The notes beneath the pieces are model-generated. The model was given only the letters and a program-made list of their open reading frames with translations. It had not been told where the DNA came from and did not search any database. The translations under genes and the position numbers were made by a program. Shown here piece after piece: positions 46,301 to 58,900 of a DNA stretch of 64,000 nt (its first letter is position 1; each line of letters begins with the position of its first letter). Location of the stretch: positions 124,001 to 188,000 of the forward strand of contig JAYWIR010000023.1 in assembly GCA_036172245.1 (NCBI GenBank), read 5' to 3'. The stretch comes from Raillietiella orientalis (taxonomy: Eukaryota).

Positions 46301-49300
46301 GCAAAGCGAAACCCTTCGACAGTGAAAGGAAGGGAAACAAAGGGAGCGATTCGGTCTCGGGGAAGGAGCAGGAGAAAGGGGGGAAGAACGGAACTGCCTC
46401 GCTCCGGAAACTCTTGGAGCCGAAGGTTCCCAGGAATCCAAACGGGCAGCTGCACGTGCCACACTCCCGAGCGCGCGCGCTGAGTTGCCGCGCCACCGGG
46501 ATTCCCCCGGGGCAGCCCGCGCACTTCCCGCTGCTCCCGCGGTGCTTCGGAGTCTCCTCTCCAGCGGTCCCTCGATGGTCTCTGCGACCCGAATCCGAGC
46601 GGAGTCCCTTGCGCGTTCCGGAGCGAAGAGGAAGAACCCGAGGGTGTGGTCCTGGCCCAGCAGACACGGGCAGGGGCAAGACGGTGTCTCCCATGGCAAT
46701 GGGCGCGAGGCAGAAACAGGGTGCAGGCGACCGCCCGGAAACCCTCCCGTTCTCCCCTCTGGAGTCTCATTCTATGCAGACCCCTCTTCAGCGGATGCCA
46801 CTGCAGGAGGCTTGAGGGCGAGCCAGCAGCAAACCCTCCCTTAGCGCCTACCCCAGTGGATGCGCGCCCCGGCCGAACCGCTCGTGACGCAGGATCAGCG
46901 GCTGGTCTCCTCATTCTCTCGAGCTCTCTGCGGTTGGAGCGAGGAACGCTTGTTTCCCGTGTGGGCATAGCGAGTCCTTGGTGGGAGAGTAGGTCTGCGC
47001 GCGGTCCGCACACCAGGTCTGCCTAAGTGCGGGTTCCCCAGGGCCCCCGCAGAAGCCACCCTCTTGAAAAGTTGGGTCATCACTGCGAGAGTCGGAAGGT
47101 CACCTTCTGCTTCCTCATCCGCATCATCTCTCCGCAGGCGCAAGAACATCCCGACGCGGATCAAGAGAGAATGAGGCTTCGTGGGGCAATGTGGCTCCCC
47201 TCTTTCCCGACAGGATTTCAGACGCTCACCAGCGCTTCCCATTCCTCCCCCCCCCCTACTCGCCCATCTTTGAGCTTTCCGGACCTCTGGCAGGAGGACT
47301 TCCACTCTGCAGTCCTCGCCTTTGTGCGGGGATAGAAGTCACCAAATCCCAGGTCACCAGCTCGACGACGACGGATGCTTCACTCTTTGATTTCCGACGC
47401 CGTGGTGTCTGGACGCAAGGGTATGGGAAGCTGTTGGCCACGAGGGAAAACTGGAAAGTGAACGTGGCTCCCGATCACAAGGTGTGGTTTGTAAGCGCTC
47501 GGAGGCAGCTCTACCGCCAATGTGGAGAGCTCCTCCGTGTTAATATCTGGTGACCTGTCCTCTCTGTGTTACTTTGAAAATCCGCTCTGTCCGCTTCGCT
47601 CCGGGGAGCACGCGGTCGCCTTCGACGAAGGGATCGAGAGCTTTGCTGATAACGTTCCACCTCGCCGCACTCCGCCGGACGTCAGAAGGGATATGGCCGG
47701 GATGAGAGTAGCAGAAGCACCCGTCCGTCCTCGACTTCCCTGTCTTTCCGACCCTCTCCAGCGGGAGGCTACCGGGGAATGTGCCCCTTTCCTTTCAGTT
47801 CCTGAAAAACTCCAAGACACGAAGGCTTGGGACGGCAGCGCGACAAGGATAGTCGGTCTCCGGACGGTTTCTTGTCCCAGAGAAAGAAGGAGGAGAAGAA
47901 GGTGCGTGGACGACGGTCCAGACCTTGCGGCTGGATACCCAGAGTTGGTCGGAAGGGAGGCTCCTGTTTCCACTGCGACCTGTCAGGAGGGTTCGCTCAG
48001 GGAAAGCCGGAAACGGTCCCGTCCTACCACACCGGTGTGAATGACGCTCCAGGACAGTCCAGAAATGGGACTCTGTCACCGACCCTCGTGCTCACTTCTC
48101 CCTACGCGAGAGCTCTCCCTGTGATCAGCGTGGTGTAGGGGTAGAAACTTGACCCTTCTGGTCTAGTTGGACGCTGCTGGCCTCTGAAGATGGGAAGCGG
48201 GCCGAGCTCTCCACAGTGGAGACCGCGTGATTTCACCTACGCCCAACTGGCGCTGAGTTCACAGCATGAACAGAAACACACGTGAGGCGCGGTGCGGCTT
48301 CAGGCGCCACCTAAGTTCCTTGCCTGGAGAGGAACCAGAATCGGGAGAAAGCCACGTTTTCATCCAGTTGCTCGCAGTCCGCAACTCGTTCCGGTTCCGG
48401 CGACACGACAAGAAACGTCACAGGTGTCCCTGCTGATGGCAGTGCCATGTGACCGGGAAGACGAAGCATCCGGTTCAGGGCGGTTACGTTGGCGGGAGAT
48501 CCGCTTCCGTGAGCTCACAAATCACACCTTGTGATCGGGAGCCACGTTCACTTTCGAGTTCCCCCTCGTGGCCAACATTTTCCTGTGCTTGGCGTCCAAA
48601 CACCACGGCATCGAGAATCCAAGCGTGAAGCATGGTGTTCACGGATGTGTTCCGGAAATTCTAGGCAGGAGATGGAAGCCTGTCATGTTCACGGCGGGAT
48701 TTCGGATCCACAAGAGCGCGAAAGGCACCGAGGCACCCATGCACAGGTCACGTCTCCCTGTGGTGACCTAGTTCCTGCTCTCGAGAGGTGTGCGGATGCA
48801 AAAGACAGTCGAGATGTTCCCTTCTGGACGCAGCATCGCTCTGCCCTTACTGAATCTCCCATTCTTCCCTTTCCGGAAATCCCGACTTTCTCCCCCTTCC
48901 ACTTGCCAAACGAGGACCGCGTGTGTACCTCTTGACCATTTGCTATACAGGGAAACCACTACAGCATCTCAAATCTTTTAAGGATCGGTCGTGTTCTCTC
49001 TCTCCCTCTCTCTCCCCTTCTTGGCCCGATGAGCGTGCGTCAAAACTTCCTCCTTTCGTCGCTCACTCGCCGTCGCCTGCCTTGCTGAAAGACATTGCCA
49101 GGTGCACTGCGATGTATTTCCTCTCTATGGCTCCCTTCGTATTCCGGGATTGTCGGATAGGAGGGGTACCGTCAGATCATGGGGAGCTGGTTATGGGGGC
49201 GCCGGAAATGGCACGTGGATCGCAGTGGATCCCTTCTTCGTCCCTCTTTTCCTCTCTCTCCGCTTCGATCCCTCCCGTATTTTCCTCCTCCCCTTTCCAG

Positions 49301-52300
49301 CTCGTCGGTCAGTCGGGGGGTCCCGCAAGCGCACCACTGGCCACACTGGTCGCTTCCGTGCGCGCGTGCGGAAGAAGAAAGGGCGACCGATCGATGGCCG
49401 GCGCCCGCGGAAGGAAGACTGCGGCGCGCGCGAGCGGATTCCCTACCGAAAGATAAAACCGGCGGATCCCGGCCTCTTTGGCCCACAGAGCCCTGCAGGA
49501 AATTCCAATTTCCAGAGCTCATTAATAAGAGGAGAGAATAAAGCGAGCGGGGACCTCCGAGGCTCCTCAAGCAGGAAGCTCCGAGCAGAAAGTGTTGCGC
49601 AGGAAAACCGGAGCAATCAGCAGGGAAGCTCGGAGATTGCAGCAGGAATAATTAAGCAGGAGCCATTGTTGGAGAGGTAATCAACTTTGCGGGAGCGGGC
49701 CGATCCTTGATACTTCTCGCTCTGTGGGGAGACGGAAACCAGAAGGCCCTCGACGACTCCGGGTGACGGTCGATCGAGCACTACAACCACACTCGTGCCG
49801 GTCTCGCAACCCGCGGCCTCCGCCCGAAAAGTCCCTCTGCGCTCTCACCTTCGGGAACTCTCGCTTTGCTGGCAAAGCAGTCGCATCCCACCAGCCCCCT
49901 TCTCTCCTCCCGACATCCGCGACCCTCTAGTGGTGGCGGTTTCCCGTGGTAACAGGCAAGAGATGGAGGGGCGTTCCCCCTCCCCTCCCTTTCGTGCCGT
50001 GGGGGCAGACCGGTAGCCTGTGGCACCGAGAGACCGCTGACGCGTGGGTCTCCTCTGACGAGTTCGAAGCCCGAAATGCGACTCCTGTCGATATGTCATT
50101 GGGTCCCCACCCTCCGTCAGCTCTTCCTCCCCCTTGATAGCCCCCGCTCCCAAGAGAGGAACCGCCATCTCCTGCATTCTTGTGGCGCCGGCTACCCCCT
50201 TCCTCACTGCTTCGGCGCTTCGGACGACCTCGCGACGGCCTCGACTTCTCGGAACTGAGCTCGTCGGCGTCCCCCCTTCTCGCTTCTCCTCCTCTCCCTT
50301 TCTCGAGGAGCCTTCCCTTTCCTCGAGGGGAAGTCGTGGAGCACTCGCTCCTCCTACGGGACGGAGGCCTCGGGCGACAAAGGTGTGTTTTCACTATCTG
50401 CCAAGGGAGAGACTAGCAGGAGCACCTGTAGAATGAAGGGACGAAGAGATTCGCCCCCTGTGTGCATCTCTCTGTCCGTTCGAGATCCAGGGACGGCTTT
50501 CCTTTCCCTCTAGGTCGAGAAATTGACCTCCCAATCTAGGAATATGGTCGGGCGTGATTCCCTCATGGAGAGGTAGGCATAGTCGGTCCAACAGAAGGCA
50601 CCGATGGAATGCTCCGAGCAAAAAAAAAAAGAAAATCAACGGAAGAAAAAAGCAGAAGCGAGGAACCGGGAGGAGGATCAGGAATCCGGAAGAAGGAAGG
50701 AGAGAGGGGAAAACAGCTACTCAGAATCCAGTTCTGTTTTCTTTCGACCCGTGCTCTTCCGGTTTCCTGTTTCCTGCCTTTTAAAATCTCCGGCCTGCTC
50801 CGTTTGCTGCAGACAACCGCATAGTTTACAATATGACCCAACAATAGTGGTGCCAGCTCCCCGGGTTTTCTACCACAAATAGTCGAGGTCAACACCGACG
50901 CAGCTCCCGAAACCTGGTTTCTTCCTCTAGGACGTCCTCCCCCCAGGCGCAGGGCTTTTGGTGATCTCTGACAAGGTGGGCACGACGACCGTAGTAGCAC
51001 GCGCCTGCGTCAATGACAACGTACGGCAGCGCGTGGTCTCCGGGATGAGTCGCGCGACCCTCAAGACTCTCCTGCGCTTTTCAGGCGCCTCACCCTTCTG
51101 CTCGCTCTCCACCAGGTGTCCTGGATCCGTAAGGAGGACATCCACATCCTAACCGTGGGGACCTTCACGTACACAAAGGATCTGCGGTTCCAGTGCCTTC
51201 ACGACGAGGGCTCCAACGAGTGGGTCTTGAGGATCGTGTCCGCTCAGGTCAACGACTCCGGAACGTACGACTGCCAGATCAACACCGAACCTAAAATGAG
51301 CCTTTCCTTCGTCCTGAGGGTCTTCGGTGAGTAGCGCCGTCTTCAGACGGCGGCGGAGGCGATGAGACGCCCGTTCCTCTCCAACGATCTTGTCTGAGTG
51401 GGGGTGAACTGGCCCGCATTCCTCCTCCCTTCCTCCTTCCTTCCTCCTTCTCCCGCAACGACCGTGCCCGCACCTTCACTTTCCAGCCATCCGGGAGCGC
51501 AAGGACGACCCTTCTGCTTCCTGTGATCTTGGACTTCCGTGGCCAGAGAGGTAGAGGTCGGTAGGTAGAAGCAAGGTCGCTTTCTGATGTTCCGAGGCAA
51601 GACAAGGTGCCGAAGGACAGGGAGCTTTCCCCTCTTCCCATGCCGCTACAGGGAGAGAGGAAGAAGGGGTGGGAGAGAAGGACTTCCCTTTCGAACGCTC
51701 CAGAGACTTCTCGGCGCCCCGTCGTCCCTGACGGCTCTCAGATGTTTCCCTGCTTTCTCTTCGACACCCTGCGTCACGCTTCTCCTCTTCTTCTCCGCTC
51801 TGACTTCCGTTACTCTCGTCCGCGTAGACGTCCGTACAAGAGAGGTCCCCTCCTGGTGCCACGGATTCGGCTGGAATGCCTCCAAGTGAGGTCTCCAATC
51901 GATGCCAGCCCTGGAAGATCCCCGGTTGGATGCTGGAAGGGTCTCCAGGAAGCGAGGGCTTTGGAAACTCCGAAGTCCGTCTGGAACCATGGGAAGCAGG
52001 AGAGGCGAAGAGGAGGAGTACGGTGGAGTGGAGACGAGGGGAGAATGGAAGTGGGGTGGAGGCGCAATCAGGGTGGGGTGTCAGTGCATTCCAGTAAGAT
52101 GCGGTTAAAGGTGGAGGCTTTCCCATCTCCAAACTTTGCTTGGAGATGGAAAAGAAGGGCTGCACAGGGTCATGCACGGGGGTGAGAACGGAATGGGAAT
52201 AAGACAGGGACAGCTGAAAAGGGATGAGAGGCAAAGTGGACTGGAGGCGCGGTGCATTCGGGCAGCGATGGGGTGAAGTAGGAATCGTTGCGAAGAGAGG

Positions 52301-54127
52301 CGAGAGTGAGATGAAAGAGGTCGGATTCAAGGGTGATGAAAGCTCCTATGGGGAAGAGTGAGTAGAAGGAAAGGGAGAGAAGGTGCTTGGGGGTGAGTTG
52401 GGGTAGATGGGGCACGGAGAACTGCAGATGCAACGGCAAATCGGTAGGTAGCAACTGGAAGTGGACTCAAGTTGAGGCAAGGGATAAAGTAGGATGTCTG
52501 TTGCAAAGCGATTTGGGACGGGGATGGAGTCCGACATAGCCATAGATTTGAGATGAGGTGGGGCGATCCGGGACGAGAAGTGGAGGAGCAATGGGGTGCA
52601 CCTGGGATGCGCAGCAGGGGGTGCGGAGATGTGGCTGCTGTAAGCTGAAAGCGAGGCATCCATGAAGTGGATCATCTTTGTAACCCCGAAACTCTCCTGA
52701 CTGAGGAGCTCTCTGTATTTCTCTGAGACCAGCCTTCACCCACTCCTGTCCCCCATCCCCCCTTCTGCAGCTCAGCTGCGGTGGCTGCTCTCTTTCCCAT
52801 GGGCAACGAGAGGGAACCAGAGGAAGAATCACGGGTATGCTGTCTTGGCTTTAGAGCCACTTCTCCTTCAGGATGAAACACTTTCCTCTCCTCATTCCAC
52901 AAGGTTTCCAGGAAGCTGCAAACATCTGGTGCTGGTCCGAGATAGAAGTGCGGACGCATCAGTTGCTAGGCACTGCAACTAGCATGGTGCCAACTTCAAA
53001 TTCGCCTTCCCTGGTCCTTTCCCTGCATCCCCGGGAGTGCTCGCAACCTGACTGTCTTCCACAAGCGTGCGGGGAGGGGGGGATCTGTTACTCCGGGACC
53101 GACCGACCAGGCAGCCGGCTGCTGTCCCACCTGGTCACTTCACACTCACTCGCGGAGCGCTCGGCAGCTTCCTCTCTCGTTCCAGAGCCGAAGGTCGAGA
53201 TTCTGGGAGACGACGAGGTGTACCTGCGGAGGGGCAGCACGCTTCTCCTCACTTGCCTGAGTCGGCCGCGCGCCTTCGGGACGCGTTGGTACTGGGATAG
53301 AGAGGAGCTGTCCCTGAACAAGGTGCAGGACGACAATTCAGGGTCATCCATCCTGAGGATCGACGGCGCGGAGGTGCATCACTCGGGGCAGTACACCTGC
53401 AGGGATGGAGGAGGACAGGAGGATTCCGTGAGGGTCCACGTGTTCACAGGTGCGTCCATCCGTTCCCGGGATGCGAGCGCAGATCCGTCCCTTCAGGAAA
53501 CGCGAGCCGTTTAGCTGGAGTGCGGAGGGACGCTTCCAGTGGGTCCCCCGGGGCTCTCCCGAGGGTGCCATGGGCGGGTGCGAGGAGAGGAGGGTGGCGT
53601 TCCCCGTCTGCTGGGGATCGCTTCTTCGTGCCTCCTTGCGAGTGACGTCCCGCCAAGTCGGCTTACCCCGTTATGGTCACGTCCCTCGAAGGCCGCCGAC
53701 CGCACCTCCTACCCTTTGCTTCATGCTTCCTCACCTCCTTCCGCAGGGAGCTCACAGGAACAGAGGCGCTGATCCAGGAGACGCCCAAAAAGAAGGTAGC
53801 GTCTCCATCAACCTCTGTTCCCTGAGCCCCTAGGCACCTCTGAGGAAAAACTCGTCTCCCCTCCCCCTTCCCTTCCCTTCCTCCAGCCCATTTCTGGTTC
53901 CCACCTTCCTAAAGGTTTTGGGTTTCCACCCTTCCCGGCGCGTCCGATCGTCGCCATCGCCTCCGGCTCATCTTCTTCCATCCCTTGCAGACGAGCCTCA
54001 AGCGGCGGTCCACTACGTCTCGAGCGGTCGATTGCTCGACCCGACCCCTTCCCTGCTGCTCCTGCTGCTGGTGCTCTACGAACTCTCCCTCTCCGGCGAA
54101 GGATCTGCTCCCACGCTCACGCCTTAG
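28324..54127 (+). CDS. dpr: Dpr-family (defective proboscis extension response / zwei Ig domain ZIG-8-like) two-Ig cell-surface protein, 5 coding exons, 281 aa; paralog not assignable
   Basis: Join 28324-28396, 39500-39660, 51116-51326, 53186-53449, 53991-54127 = 846 nt, all GT-AG, phases 1,0,1,1. The product has a signal peptide and Ig1 LHCAIKQLGDKTVSWIRKEDIHILTVGTFTYTKDLRF..EWVLRI..DSGTYDCQINTEPKMS (classic Dpr signature). Ig2 is GSTLLLTC..W..SGQYTC..VRVHV, followed by a hydrophobic C-terminal tail. Confidence 0.9.
39500..39660 (+). CDS. Dpr coding exon 2 (linker plus Ig1 strands A-B)
   Basis: GALREPK..QPTFYDVTRTTVDSAAGSTVFLHCAIKQLGDKT. Acceptor GATAG|, donor ACT|GTGAGT. Confidence 0.9.
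51116..51326 (+). CDS. Dpr coding exon 3 (Ig1 strands C-G)
   Basis: VSWIRKEDIHILTVGTFTYTKDLRFQCLHDEGSNEWVLRIVSAQVNDSGTYDCQINTEPKMSLSFVLRVF. Acceptor CACCAG|, donor TCG|GTGAGT. Confidence 0.96.
53186..53449 (+). CDS. Dpr coding exon 4 (Ig2)
   Basis: EPKVEILGDDEVYLRRGSTLLLTC..RWYW..SILRIDGAEVHHSGQYTC..DSVRVHVFT. Acceptor TTCCAG|, donor CAG|GTGCGT. Confidence 0.93.
53991..54127 (+). CDS. Dpr coding exon 5 (stalk plus hydrophobic, probable GPI-anchor signal)
   Basis: DEPQAAVHYVSSGRLLDPTPSLLLLLLVLYELSL..TP*. The 'E.PAA(M/V)H'-like Dpr stalk is followed by small residues SSG and a Leu-rich stretch. Acceptor CTTGCAG|. Confidence 0.85.
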
Positions 54128-54944
54128 GCACGGAACGGGCTCTTCCCCGGAGGGGGCGCCGCCACCTCAGCGGAGCGAAGACGAGAGCGGGAGGAGGGAG
54201 CGCTCCTCCCTTCTCGACTCCAAGGGACCTCACCAGGGAGATAGCGGCGCTCCCACTCACGGAGGAGAAAGAGGGCGGAGACCCTCCTCCCTCGAGCGAC
54301 GAAAATGCAGGGACTCCCTTGGTTGCGGCCTTCGCAGCTCGTGGAACCTCTTCCGGATGCTACTCCCTCAGCAATGGCGATAGCCCAGAGGAGTCCTCTC
54401 CTGCGGAAGAGAGAGACAATCACTGAGCCAGCATTCCTCATGGTCACCTCGGAACGATGACCCCCCTAAGTCTTCCGGGACTCCTTCAGCGCGGACCCTC
54501 TCCCTCCCTAGGGAGGAAGAAGAGACATTCCAGACCCTCGGACGGGGATGCAGGGGAGGTCTGGGCCCCGTCTCGAGGATCCCTGTAGGGTTCGAAACCC
54601 CTTTTTTGAGGAGCGGCAGTGCTGTCCCAGCGAACTACGCTGGCGCCCTCCTCCGGTCGTGCAGGAATGGAGGGAATGGCCCGGACAACGTCCGCCCCAC
54701 AGGAAGAGCAGTCCCGAGCACTGGTGCTGGCAGCTCCCCGAGGAAGAAGGCCTCCGGGGGCTTCGCGACTTCCGCTCCCTCCCGTAAGCTTTCCCCTGTC
54801 ATTCGTCCCCACCCCCTTCCCAGAGATGAAAGCGCGGACCGTCCAGGACGCGCGAGCAGTTCCTCCCGCCGAGCAGTGCCGACAGCGAAGGGCGTTCCGG
54901 GAGGAGCGGAGTTCCGAGGACCACGGCCACCTGGAAGCCTCATG

Positions 54945-54950
54945 AATAAA
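54945..54950 (+). promoter_or_regulatory. Candidate polyadenylation signal of the Dpr gene
   Basis: First AATAAA I could see after the stop codon (about 820 nt downstream), in an otherwise GC-rich context. Confidence 0.4.
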
Positions 54951-55904
54951 TTTGTTGGAAGCTGCGTATCTCCTTTCGTTGTCTCGGTCAGTGCTGGGAA
55001 AGGTCGACGGGGGCTTTCGGGTTCCTGAGAGCGCCTCTCGAGTCACCTCGGGCGCCGGAGTAAAAGGTGGGGCGAGCAGCTCCGCTGACCCCGTAGGAAG
55101 GGCAGAAGTCCTCCTCCCGTTGCAGGATCTGCAGTGCCATCCCTAGTCCGTGACGTAGCAGCGGCTGGATCCAGTCCAGAGAATTCCCCGCGCCGGCATG
55201 GCGTGAAGCCCCCCCCCCCCTTGCATGCGCCACCTCGTGCAGTATCCTCCGGGAAATCGCGAGTTCATCTCGCGTGGGCGCGGGGGCCGTTCGTTGCCAA
55301 GGAGATCCGCCGCGTGTCGCTCGGATCCGTCACGTGCCAGGGGGGGGAGGGAGGGGCAAGGCAGCCGACCGGATGGACCGCAGCAGTTGATCCTGGGTTC
55401 AGGAAACTCTTCCCCACAATTTCCGGAACGCACCGCGAGCCAGAATCGAGTCACGAGTGACCGAGGTTTATCCTCGAGCTCGACGCAGAGGGAGAGCGGT
55501 AGCTGCTAGTTTCGCGCCGCGGAGGTGCCACCCCTTTTACCTCTTATCTTTGCCTACGAGGCGGAATCGAAGACAGGAGTGCTCTCTTCCTTCTTTCCCG
55601 CCCCTGTCCCTGTCCGCTCTCCCGGAACGCCTGCGTCGCTCGCCTCCTGGAATGCGCGCGCCATCTCTCAGGGGTCCCAGCCTCCGCAGCCGCTTGCCTT
55701 ACTAGGGATCGGTTGCGTAGCAGCTCCCACTCGCCTTCCCGCAGTAGCTCGGCGCTCGGAGTGTTCCCAAATCAGCCATTCATTCGTACCGGCTTCCAGC
55801 CATTCCAGTTATTGATTTTCCGGATACACTCGCGGTCCCGTTGCTTGCCCATCGGTCTCTTTCAGGAGCCCGATGGGGAGCCAGCGGCAGTTCTCGAGTC
55901 CTTG

Positions 55905-55941
55905 TGTTGTTGTTGTTGTTGTGCTGCTGCTGTTGTTGTTG
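55905..55941. repeat. (TGT)n/(TGC)n compound microsatellite
   Basis: tgttgttgttgttgttgtgctgctgctgttgttgttg read directly. Confidence 0.85.
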
Positions 55942-58900
55942 GTTTCTTTCTTTTTCTTCTCTTTCTTCTGAGTGTGGCGTCGTGCAGGGAACACCTGCAT
56001 CCCAGTTACTCCCGACGTGAGGTCTGCTCCGTCGTCTGGAAGCTGGGCGCTCCCGATGCGTTACTCCTCTTTTCCCCCATCTCCGCCTCGGCTCCAGAGC
56101 GCCGTGCTGCGCACGCGCGTCGAGTTGCTCGTCCGTCCTGCTCCAGAGAGTTATCCATCGCCTCCTTTCGAAAACGCGTCGGGAGCATCCGGGATGTAAG
56201 CGCGTCTCTAGGATGCATGGCAGTGCTCCTCTCGCTGTGGCTGGCGGTAATGGCACTCCGGGACGCACCAGGTAACGAAAGTGCCCCTAACCCTCCCTTT
56301 GCATGCCCTTCCATTGCGGTCGTTGGGGTTGAACCCGAGAGCGAAGGCTTTCTGTCTAGCCTGCTTCCACCCGGAAACGCGTTGCGCAGCGCGTGCGGAG
56401 GCGAGTTCAAGTGTGGAAGATGGGGAAGGGAGGGGAGACATCGCAAGACTGGGGTGGGTGGGGGGGATGGAGAGTAGTAAGTAGGTGAAGCAAAACCGGA
56501 GGCCGATTGGGAAGGGTCCGTGTGAGGCGTCACATGACTCCCTCCTTCTGGAACCCCTTCTGTCGTCCCTCACCATCTCCTCGTTCCTCTTCGGACGTCG
56601 ACCATGCAACCTGCTTCTGGCGACATTTGCCAAACAAGGTCACCCAGAGTTAAGGCCATCCGACGCACTGACCCCGCCACTCGCAGGGTCGGAAAACCAG
56701 GACGCGAGAGTTCCAGAAGGCTCTGGAAGGCAGACAGGATCGCTCGACCTGGAATCGGACGCGCCCGAGAGAAGCGAAGGAGTCCAAACTGGCGAAAAAG
56801 AGGAAAAGAGTGAGGGGAAGGAGTAGGGGGAGAAGCGATGAGGAAGGGGAACGCTTCTTTCTCCTCCTCCTTTCCTCTCCTCCACTCCTCCTCACGCCTA
56901 CCGACACAGTGAGATAGCGGCCGCATCTCGCCTTCGTGCTGCGCGGCGCCCGTCCACGCGCCAATCGAGTCGCCAGGAACATTCCGGCTCCATCCGTTGT
57001 CCAATACTTCGGCTTGGGAAGAAGAGATGCACCCCTTCCCCGAGGAAGTCCACCCCCTTCCCCTCCACCTGTGGATCGCTTTCCTCCGCGCTCGCTCGCT
57101 GGCCATCTGGCGCCGCCTGAACACTCGACGGGAACCACGGCAACGGTTCGTTCCTGCAGCACTCGTCAGGCACCGCTCCGGGACCCCTTCCAAATCGCGA
57201 GGTCTCTTCACGTGGTACTGTGACCCAAGTGCCGGCCCTCGTTCCTCCTGGATTGCGCGAACCAGTCCAGAGGCGATCTCCAGAACGCACCTTCCATGTG
57301 TGGGTTTGCCCTCCTTCCAGGCCTCTCCTCCAGCAACATCGGCATCTCCGGGAGAGCAAGGATGAAGGTAGCAGCCGGAGGAACTCGGATCCTTCCTTCC
57401 GAGCGGGAAGACTTCTCATCTCATCCCGCTTCTCCCTCGGCCCCTGAGCCGCAGGAAGGCGCGTGCCTCTTCTCCCCCAGCGCTGACGTTGCGGCCCCCA
57501 GGCGCGTCGGCGCCACGCGCATTCCTTCCCTCCCCTCACCAGGGAGGAAACCGGCTCTTCGCTGCTTCCGCTCCTTCGGAGGATTCATCTCCGTGTGTCC
57601 ACTCTTCAATGGAGGATCCCACCTCCACTTCCTGCAAGTTCATGCTAAAGAGGAAGAGTCTGCGAAGTTCTCGAACAGACACGGAGCTCCCCGCTCGGCC
57701 GCTTTCGACAACACCATCATCACCTGCTCTTCTTGCTTCCCTTTTCTTGTTCTTCTTCTTGTCTTTTTCCTCTTCCATTTCTTGCTGGAGACACCAATCT
57801 CTTCCCTGGCCTTTACGCCCGCACCTCCAGAAATCCGGAAGCGGACGGCCATGTGACACAATCTGCCTCCCTCCAGAGACCCGGAGGAACGTCTTCCTCT
57901 CGTGTGAAATTCGCCACGGGCCATGGACTGGTGGTGGTCGGTCCTGTATCTTTCGGAGGAGGAAGAGATCCAAGAAGGCGACACTGTGGAGCGAGGACCC
58001 CTCCCAGGGTCTCCGGTGCCAGGGAGTTTTCCGCGCCAATGGCGCTTGAAAACGTCCGTTGCCTTTTTGAAGATCTGCGCTTAGTGGAGCCCTGGGCACG
58101 TCCTCATTTCCCTATCGGAGAGTCCGCTCACACCACACCCCAAACAGCCACAACGAGCACGCGATTTGCCCCTACTGGTTCGCTCTTCCCTTGTTCCCAA
58201 AAAACACCGGAAGACAGCGCTCGGCGCGTCGCCACGGCGACTACGCAGCGTTCCAAAGCACCAGAGCCGACACTGCCGACGCCATCGAGCCAATTCAGCT
58301 GCGTCGGCTGCCCTCGAGAAGCATTTCCTCCCTTGGGATAGTTCGTGTGACTTCCCAGTATCCTTCTAACCCTTTTTAGGAAACCTGTAGCTGCAGGTTC
58401 CATCGCGCGGAAGACCTCCCGTTCCCATAACATCCGTCTATTCGATCCGCCCAAGGTACGCTTCCTTATCTTCCACTGTTTCACCCCGTCAAGCACTTCA
58501 CCTCTGCTCCCGGTTTTCCTGCCTCTGACGCCAGTTGAACTCCTCCCGCGTCCTCCTTTCTCATCCGCTCGTCTCTCCCAGAACTTCGCGAGGTCCTTGG
58601 AGGAGCCCCGGAGGAGGGGCAAAGAGAGGGAAGGATGGCCACCCCTGGCGTGAGCCCACTCTTCCCGTCCACACTCTCCCTTGCGTGAAAGAAAGAACGG
58701 GGAGACACCTGCTGCGAGCTGGAAACCGGGAGCTACTTCTGGGATCGGGAGACCGAATTGCTCTTCCGAAAAGGAGAAGAGGGGGGAAGGGGAGCAAAGA
58801 ACCGTCCTTCCCAGCACCTCGAACTTCGGAGCGGGATGTTTCGAACGCCCCCCTGGCAGCTGCGGAGCTGCAGCCTCCGTCAGGAGCATCTCCGCGAGGT

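Noticed and set aside
54541..54607. B-box-like GGTTCGAAACC followed by a T run (tRNA/Pol III or terminator-like)
   Set aside because: There is no A box and no cloverleaf. Bacterial-type terminators are not meaningful in this eukaryotic context.
55713..56477. 254-aa ORF with a Cys run and hydrophobic stretch
   Set aside because: The features come from a (TGT)n microsatellite and a pyrimidine tract, with no domain signature.
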